DNA from: an uncultured Myxococcales bacterium
Lineage (GTDB): Bacteria > Myxococcota > UBA4151
Direction of reading: 5' to 3'
DNA: 13,291 bases
Assembly (NCBI GenBank): GCA_964013405.1
Contig: CAXGWI010000102.1
Span: 1-13,291, forward strand
Each line of letters begins with the position of its first letter. Positions within the stretch are counted from its first letter, which is position 1. Under the pieces are notes generated by a model that did no database searches, was not told where the DNA came from, and worked only from the letters and a program-made list of their open reading frames with translations. Both the position numbers and the translations under genes were made by a program. Positions 7,647 to 13,291 of the stretch are shown here, in pieces.

Positions 7647-10600
7647 GTCGATTGAGCCCCCAGGAAGCGAGCGAACAGGTCCAGGCCCTCCTCTCGAGCG
7701 ACGCCGGGCGAGGGCTGCTCGAGCGTATCGAATCCGGTGAATTACGCGACAACAAGCAGATTCAGTTCGCCGTTGCTGCCACCTTCAACGACCTGCCGAG
7801 CATCCAGGGCCTGGAGCCCTCGGACCAAAAGCAAGTGCTGGGTCGGCTTGGGGGGGCATTGCGCAAAGCGATCCCTGCGCCCCCGAAAGTCCTGGGCCCC
7901 GGGGAGCTCTTGGCGGCGCTCAGCAAAGAACAACGGACCCGCTGGCGGCGAGAGCAAGTCGAAGCCATGGTCACCCCTGTGGCCTATTTAGCCCATCAGG
8001 CCTATCAGGCCTTGGCCTTAGCGTCGGATCACCCCCGCCGCCGGGATTTGGGCTGGGATCTGGTGAATGCGGGGATCACGAGCCTGCGCTACGCCGCGGT
8101 GGTCGCCCTGGCCGAATATGTCGATGAGACAGCGGCGGTTCGCCTTGAAGACCAGCAGCTCAACCGGGCGCTGGTGGAAGCGCTTCAGCATCCAGCGGAT
8201 GGCACCTGGAGCGCCTTGTTGTTTCGCCCCTCGGCCGGCGCGGACCACAGTCTGATCTCGGTTTTAGCCCGACGGGCCCGACGGCGTGTCGAAGCGCTCG
8301 ACTGTCTCCAGGGCGAGCTCAACAGCAAACAAAGTCAGCACCTCTCTGATTGGATCGGCAAAAATGCCCCTGCGGGCTTTCCGGCCAAAGGGCCCTCGGG
8401 CGTTGCGGATCTCATCGATGTGTTTGTTCGCTTTCGCAACGAGTTAGTCCACGGCGCCTACATGCAGCAGCGTCCCGATAGCGTGACGGTCGAGGCTCTG
8501 GGCCAGTTCCTGGACTTGCTCCTAGCCCAGTTGGCTCCCCTCCTCCGCGTCCCGCTCGTGGTCCTTGAAGATGATGGCGATGAATGGTGGGCCTGCGGCT
8601 CGGCCTTGGTGAACATGAAAACCACCGAGGCGCCCCCCAACGCCTTTGCATTCGAAGCCGACCACGTGGGCCGCCCCCTGCTTGCGCTGCCCGGGGGCCC
8701 GCTCTCATTGGCCCCCTGGATCACCGTGGCCGATATGAGCACCGCCACCTATCGAGTCGCCGGCGAGGAGCCGCCCCCCGAAATCGGTCTCTCGGAGGTG
8801 GTTTTCTTCAACCGCTTTGAGGCCTCCGTCCTCCATTACCTCGGCTTTGTGGGGCGGGCCCAATTGCCCCACCACGACCTCGAAGAACGGGCGCGAGCGG
8901 AGTCCGCGTATCAGCGCTTTGCCGCGCATATGGAAGGTCTTCGGGCGGCGGCCGCTCCCCCCAGCGCACGCCGCCAGGATCCGGTCCTTCGCTTCGACGA
9001 GTTGGCCGAGTTCCATGGGCAGAACTTTGTGGGGCGGCAGCAGGCCGCCCAAGCCTTGCTCGATTTCGTGGCCGAGCCCACGGCACCGCTCGGTCTCGTG
9101 ACCGCCAAACCTGGCATGGGCAAATCCGCATTGTTCACCACCCTCTACCGCCAGTTTGGCGAGGTCGGCCAACAAAGCGGGTGGATTTTCCATTTCTCAG
9201 CCCGGGCAGACCAGCGTGACAACGCAGTCCTCGGCCTACGCTCGCTCATCGCCCAAGCTCTTGAGCAGATGGGTTTAAAAAAGCCCAACGAGGCGAAGAT
9301 CAAACCCCCTCTACCCTGGTCTTACAGCGACCTGAAAGATCGGTTCCAAGAGACTCTGGCCGCCCTCGGTGCCCACTATGAAGCCAAGGGACAGCGTGCG
9401 GTGATCTTGATCGACGCGATCGACGAGCAAGAACCTCGCCCTGGGGCGCCGCCAGAGTCGATCTATCGGGCACTGCCCGAAGACCTCCCTCCAGGGGTGG
9501 TGGGTCTCATCAGCGTCCGAATCAACGACGCCCATGAAGCCACGGGCGTCGAGGCCGGTCTTTTGGCCGCGCCTCGAGTGCAGAAGCTCCCGGAACTGGC
9601 CCCTTTACCGGGCCTGAGCCCGGCCGACGTGGAACAGCTCCTTCGAGAGAAGCTCGGCTTGGGCGCCGAGGTGGATGATGGGGTCATCGACCGCATCGAA
9701 ACCGCTGCGAAACGGCCTGATGATGGCACTCTGGATCCATTTTACCTGCGCTTTCTTGCCGATGGCGTGCGGGAAAAGACCATCGACTTAAGCGATGCCG
9801 GCAATGTGCCAGCAGGCCTGGAGAGTTTCTTCGACGCCATTTGGTGGGACCTGGATCCCAGCGACGATTTTTTGCTCCACCGCGTGGTCGGCATGCTGGC
9901 GGAGATGGAAGGCTTTGGCAGCGACGCCTTGTTCGCCGACGCCCTTCACCGGGATGAAGACGGCGTGGCAAAGCGCCGGTTTGGTATCAACAAGCTGCTG
10001 GTGCGCTCCGGGGCCGGCAGCGGCGAGCTGCGCTACGGCCTCTTCCACGACCGTTTTCGCTGGTATGTTCAAAGTCGGTTTCGCCAGGCAGACCGGGCTC
10101 GGGCCCTCCATCTGCCCCTGCTGCACACCTGTGAACGGGGCGTGGACACTGCGGATCATTACAGCGCCCGCTACCACAGCTACCACCTGGCTGCCCTGTG
10201 CGATCACCCGGGCTTGAGCGAGGCAGAACGCCAAGACCACCGGGAGGATTTTTGGCAGCGAATTCGCGCCAGCGAATTTCACCGTCGCAACTTTGCCGCC
10301 CTGGAAGACGAGCACGCGGTCATTGCTGATTTCAAACGGGCCTTTGATGTCTTTCGACCGCGGGTCACCGACGAACCTGCAGTAAAAACAGCCAAAGCCC
10401 AGCGGGCGACGGCGCTGGCGCTGGCCTGCATGGAGCAAGTGGCGGGCGTGGCCAATGAAGCCCGGGCCCGACTCCACGATTATGCACGAGAGGGCGACAC
10501 CGTCCGGGTCATTCAACTGGCCAACCGCGCGGGTGGAACGGCCCTGAACTGGATGACCCTGCTGCGAGCTGCAGCCACCATGGTATCGGTGCAACTGGAC

Positions 10601-10792
10601 CCCTCGCCCTTGTTCGAGGCGATCGAGGCGAGCCGAGCACCGAGTTTGCGCCCCAGCGACCAGGAACCGCTCGCCCAGTTGCTTGCGGCGGCCGAGGCGC
10701 CAGAAGCCCTGCGTGACTATGTCAGCAGCTGCGGTGAAGCCGACCCGCCACCCGTCCCAGCAGCAGCGGCAGAAACGGAAGCAAAGCCATGA
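7643..10792 (+). CDS. HEPN-like domain + NACHT-type STAND NTPase + wHTH/helical domains (~1049 aa)
   Basis: ATG 7643 overlaps the upstream stop (ATGA) and has GGAGG at 7631-7635. RNELVH at 8435-8452. FVGR motif, Walker A AKPGMGKS (9104-9127), WIFHFS strand and NACHT-style Walker B VILIDAIDE (9401-9427). Also PFYL, wHTH end YGLFHDRFRWYV and helical YSARYHSYHLA. Confidence 0.85.
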   Translation: MSRLSPQEASEQVQALLSSDAGRGLLERIESGELRDNKQIQFAVAATFNDLPSIQGLEPSDQKQVLGRLGGALRKAIPAPPKVLGPGELLAALSKEQRTRWRREQVEAMVTPVAYLAHQAYQALALASDHPRRRDLGWDLVNAGITSLRYAAVVALAEYVDETAAVRLEDQQLNRALVEALQHPADGTWSALLFRPSAGADHSLISVLARRARRRVEALDCLQGELNSKQSQHLSDWIGKNAPAGFPAKGPSGVADLIDVFVRFRNELVHGAYMQQRPDSVTVEALGQFLDLLLAQLAPLLRVPLVVLEDDGDEWWACGSALVNMKTTEAPPNAFAFEADHVGRPLLALPGGPLSLAPWITVADMSTATYRVAGEEPPPEIGLSEVVFFNRFEASVLHYLGFVGRAQLPHHDLEERARAESAYQRFAAHMEGLRAAAAPPSARRQDPVLRFDELAEFHGQNFVGRQQAAQALLDFVAEPTAPLGLVTAKPGMGKSALFTTLYRQFGEVGQQSGWIFHFSARADQRDNAVLGLRSLIAQALEQMGLKKPNEAKIKPPLPWSYSDLKDRFQETLAALGAHYEAKGQRAVILIDAIDEQEPRPGAPPESIYRALPEDLPPGVVGLISVRINDAHEATGVEAGLLAAPRVQKLPELAPLPGLSPADVEQLLREKLGLGAEVDDGVIDRIETAAKRPDDGTLDPFYLRFLADGVREKTIDLSDAGNVPAGLESFFDAIWWDLDPSDDFLLHRVVGMLAEMEGFGSDALFADALHRDEDGVAKRRFGINKLLVRSGAGSGELRYGLFHDRFRWYVQSRFRQADRARALHLPLLHTCERGVDTADHYSARYHSYHLAALCDHPGLSEAERQDHREDFWQRIRASEFHRRNFAALEDEHAVIADFKRAFDVFRPRVTDEPAVKTAKAQRATALALACMEQVAGVANEARARLHDYAREGDTVRVIQLANRAGGTALNWMTLLRAAATMVSVQLDPSPLFEAIEASRAPSLRPSDQEPLAQLLAAAEAPEALRDYVSSCGEADPPPVPAAAAETEAKP
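10789..10792 (+). promoter_or_regulatory. ATGA stop/start overlap coupling the NACHT gene to the LRR gene
   Basis: gcaaagccATGAgt: TGA 10790-10792 is the STAND stop and ATG 10789-10791 opens the LRR frame. Only a weak SD (GGA) lies upstream. Confidence 0.7.
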
Positions 10793-13291
10793 GTTCGGGG
10801 GAAGAAAAGAAGCTCTTTCAAGTCACGAAAGACCAAGTCGAAGGGATTCGGGAGGCGATGGCGGGTTGTGACGGTGAGTGGCAAATCGCCATCCGAACAG
10901 GTCCCGACTGGAACGTCAAACAGGCTCCCGTGAAGGAAGACTTGGATTGGAATACATCGGAGATTGTGAAGACGGTGACATGCCCTTCAGGGTGGTTACA
11001 GGTGATGGCCTTCACCGCATCTTGGAGCAAAATGGCGTTGCCGGCCCGTCGGGGGTCGACCACCAAAGCACGTTGCCCCGTACCGATGGGGCTCAACTGG
11101 CCGACGATCAAAGACGAAGGTGATGGGGAGGAGACAGCTCGCGAGGGCTATGAGCTGAGGATGCGGGTGACCGGCAAGGACACCACAAAACTAGGAGACC
11201 TGCCCGCGGCTTTCGCGGCACTCCCTGCTCTCGGCGACCTGAGGATCTTCGGCTGCAAAGCCCTCACGGACATCTCTGGCCTTGAAGGACTCACAAATCT
11301 CACGAATCTAAGTCTCCGTAATTGCGGGTCCCTCTCGGACCTCTCGGGCGCTGAAGGGCTGACAAGCCTCGAGACCTTGGACCTCGCAGGCTGCCAGTCT
11401 GTCACGGACCTCTCGGGAATCAAAGGACTCACAAATCTCACGACCCTCAACCTCGGCTGGGGGGGGAAATCCCGCACGGACGCCTCGGGCATCGAAGGGC
11501 TCACAAGCCTTGAAACCTTGAGCCTAGAGTCGTGTCGCTCCCTCACAAACGTCTCTGGCCTTGGAGGACTCACCAGCCTCAAAACCTTGGACCTCAAGAA
11601 TTGCAAATCCCTCACGGACGTCTCTGGCCTTGAAGGACTCACTCAATTGGAGCGCTTGAACCTTAAAAACTGTGAAGCCCTCACAAACGTCTCTGGCCTT
11701 GGAGGACTCACAAGCCTCAAAACCTTGGACCTCGAGAATTGCAAATCCCTCACGGACGTCTCTGGCCTTGAAGGACTCACTCAATTGGAGCGCTTGAACC
11801 TTAGAACCTGTGAAGCCCTCACAAACCTATCTGGCCTAGAAACACTCACCAGCCTCAAGAGCTTGAACCTCAAGGGTTGCAAATCCATTACCCACTTCCC
11901 TGACCTCGCAGGACTGACAGACCTCGAAACAATCGATCTACAATGGTGCGAAGCCCTCGAGGATATCTCTGGCTTTGAAGGACTCACAAGCCTTGAAACC
12001 TTGAACCTCTGTTGGTGCAACTCCATCACGAACATCTCACCACTCGAAGGACTCACTCAACTCACAAACCTGGACCTCAATACCTGCGCATCCCTCACAG
12101 ACATCACACCACTCATAGGGCTCACTCAAATCACAAACCTGGACCTCAGATCGTGCAATTCCCTCACAAATCTATCTGGTCTTGAAGGGCTCACTCAAAT
12201 CACGAGCCTGGAACTCACTTGGTGCGAATCCCTCACGGACCTCTCGGGAATCAAAGGACTCAATCAACTCATGAGCCTGGAACTCTCCTTCTGCAGCTCC
12301 CTCACGGACCTCTCGGGGCTCGAAGGACTCACGAAACTCACGAGCATCGACCTCATGGACTGCACATCCATCACCGACATCACAGCACTCAAAGGACTCA
12401 GTCAACTCACGAGCCTGGACCTCCGTAAGTGCAGTTCCCTCACGGATCTCACAGCACTTAAAGACCTCGACGCATTAGAATATCTCAACATCACAGGCTG
12501 CAACGAACTCAATGAACCACATCTTTGGTGGCCACTCGAGCAACTACCCAGGCTTCAGCAACTCAAGAGCAACCTCCCCGCTTGGTTCGCCACAAGGACC
12601 CTCGCCCGAGCAGCCATCGGTCGCTCAGATACAGAAGCAGCAGCGGAAAATATCGAAGACTGGCTAGAGACGGCCAACGGCCGTCCTGAAGCAGAAGGAT
12701 TGCTGGCCGCAGTGGGCGGCTGCGCAGCACTCCTGGCACCGGAGGAGACTGGGCTGAGCGCCCTGCAGCAATGCCTCAAACTGGCTCGGCTCCACGATGC
12801 GAAGGACGTCGCCGGTCTTTACAAAGCCGCACTGCCTCTGGCTGCCCACGATGCCGTCGCTGCCGAGCTGGAAACCTCCGTTCAGCAGACCGACTTTTTG
12901 ATGCCTCCGGAATCCCTCGCTGGCTTGGCAACTCAACTCCACTTAGCTGACCATGACTGGGCACAGCCCCTGGCGGCGGTGGTCTTGGAACGCAGCGTCA
13001 CCGCTGTGCTTGAGGTCATGGCAGCACAGGAGCCCCCCGAGTGGACCGCTCGAACCGCTGCCACTTTGGTGACCGATCTCGCCGATCATCAAGACGCGCT
13101 CATCCCTGAGGGCTTTCCTTTGAGCGCCCAAACCCAAAGCACCGTTCTGGAGCGGCTTGGCGCCCTCGCTGACTGGGGCGGCGCTGAGGACAGCGCCGTG
13201 CATCTCTTCGCCTTGGTGGCCCTGCGCCACGGGGTTGAGGAAGAAGCCGAGACGGTTCAATCCCTCTATGATGCCCTGGAGTCCTTAGCGC
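10789..13291 (+). CDS. Leucine-rich repeat protein (>834 aa): ~147-aa N-terminal region, ~19 Cys-containing LRRs, C-terminal alpha-helical domain; runs off the right edge
   Basis: Not in the ORF track. ATG 10789 overlaps the STAND stop (ATGA) and frame +1 has no stop to the window end (MSSGEEKKLFQVTKDQVEG...LGDLRIFGCKALTDISGLEGLTN...SLYDALESLA). No signal peptide. Confidence 0.92.
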   Translation, partial: MSSGEEKKLFQVTKDQVEGIREAMAGCDGEWQIAIRTGPDWNVKQAPVKEDLDWNTSEIVKTVTCPSGWLQVMAFTASWSKMALPARRGSTTKARCPVPMGLNWPTIKDEGDGEETAREGYELRMRVTGKDTTKLGDLPAAFAALPALGDLRIFGCKALTDISGLEGLTNLTNLSLRNCGSLSDLSGAEGLTSLETLDLAGCQSVTDLSGIKGLTNLTTLNLGWGGKSRTDASGIEGLTSLETLSLESCRSLTNVSGLGGLTSLKTLDLKNCKSLTDVSGLEGLTQLERLNLKNCEALTNVSGLGGLTSLKTLDLENCKSLTDVSGLEGLTQLERLNLRTCEALTNLSGLETLTSLKSLNLKGCKSITHFPDLAGLTDLETIDLQWCEALEDISGFEGLTSLETLNLCWCNSITNISPLEGLTQLTNLDLNTCASLTDITPLIGLTQITNLDLRSCNSLTNLSGLEGLTQITSLELTWCESLTDLSGIKGLNQLMSLELSFCSSLTDLSGLEGLTKLTSIDLMDCTSITDITALKGLSQLTSLDLRKCSSLTDLTALKDLDALEYLNITGCNELNEPHLWWPLEQLPRLQQLKSNLPAWFATRTLARAAIGRSDTEAAAENIEDWLETANGRPEAEGLLAAVGGCAALLAPEETGLSALQQCLKLARLHDAKDVAGLYKAALPLAAHDAVAAELETSVQQTDFLMPPESLAGLATQLHLADHDWAQPLAAVVLERSVTAVLEVMAAQEPPEWTARTAATLVTDLADHQDALIPEGFPLSAQTQSTVLERLGALADWGGAEDSAVHLFALVALRHGVEEEAETVQSLYDALESLA
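11230..12552 (+). repeat. Intragenic LRR array: 18 regular units of 69 bp (one of 72 bp) plus a degenerate 19th, consensus LxxLxLxxCxxLTDxSGLEGLTx
   Basis: Units start at 11230, 11299, 11368, 11437 (24 aa), 11509, 11578, 11647, 11716, 11785, 11854, 11923, 11992, 12061, 12130, 12199, 12268, 12337, 12406 and 12475. The DNA motifs ccctcac and gaaggactcac recur. Confidence 0.95.
11541..11816 (+). repeat. Near-perfect 138-bp tandem duplication (two-LRR unit)
   Basis: 11541-11678 and 11679-11816 differ at 4 of 138 positions by manual alignment. A further partial copy (cctcacaaac) starts at 11817. Confidence 0.93.

Noticed and set aside
9788..10594. 268-aa minus-strand ORF and the other short overlapping ORFs in the track
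   Set aside because: Shadows of long GC-rich genes on the opposite strand or in other frames.
11541..11816. DGR template/variable repeat pair
   Set aside because: Both copies are in-frame coding and adjacent, there are only 4 differences (one is C versus A in the opposite direction), and no reverse transcriptase is in the window. Kept only as a caveat in a finding.
11148..12405. Repetitive minus-strand ORFs (e.g. MSPSRPETSVRD...)
   Set aside because: Antisense translations of the LRR array.
11230..12552. 69-bp periodic repeats with variable intervening sequence resembling a CRISPR array
   Set aside because: The period is a multiple of 3, the frame is open throughout and encodes LRRs, the repeats are degenerate, and no cas genes are present.

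Overview
GC-rich bacterial DNA (taxon cannot be determined from sequence alone) with two divergent gene blocks. Two real genes are missing from the supplied ORF track because they run off the window edges. Minus strand: a 322-aa protein with an HS...AGE...SGHYxP domain (resembling the plant IQM core), a 957-aa exported, membrane-anchored vWA (MIDAS) protein, and the 5' end of a tubulin/FtsZ-like (Tubulin_2-type) gene (<1..493). Plus strand: a lipoprotein, a Bax inhibitor-1/YccA membrane protein, then three genes coupled by ATGA overlaps. These are (i) a HEPN-like (RNxxxH) + degenerate STAND NTPase, (ii) a paralogous HEPN-like + intact NACHT-type STAND NTPase without terminal sensor repeats, and (iii) a >834-aa protein with about 19 Cys-containing 23-aa leucine-rich repeats that are hypervariable at exposed positions (10789..>13291). 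The best candidate for an undescribed system is this split, paired NLR-like operon: two HEPN-STAND paralogs plus a stand-alone, diversifying LRR sensor. Domain calls come from motifs read by eye, with no database searches, and all functions are inferred.
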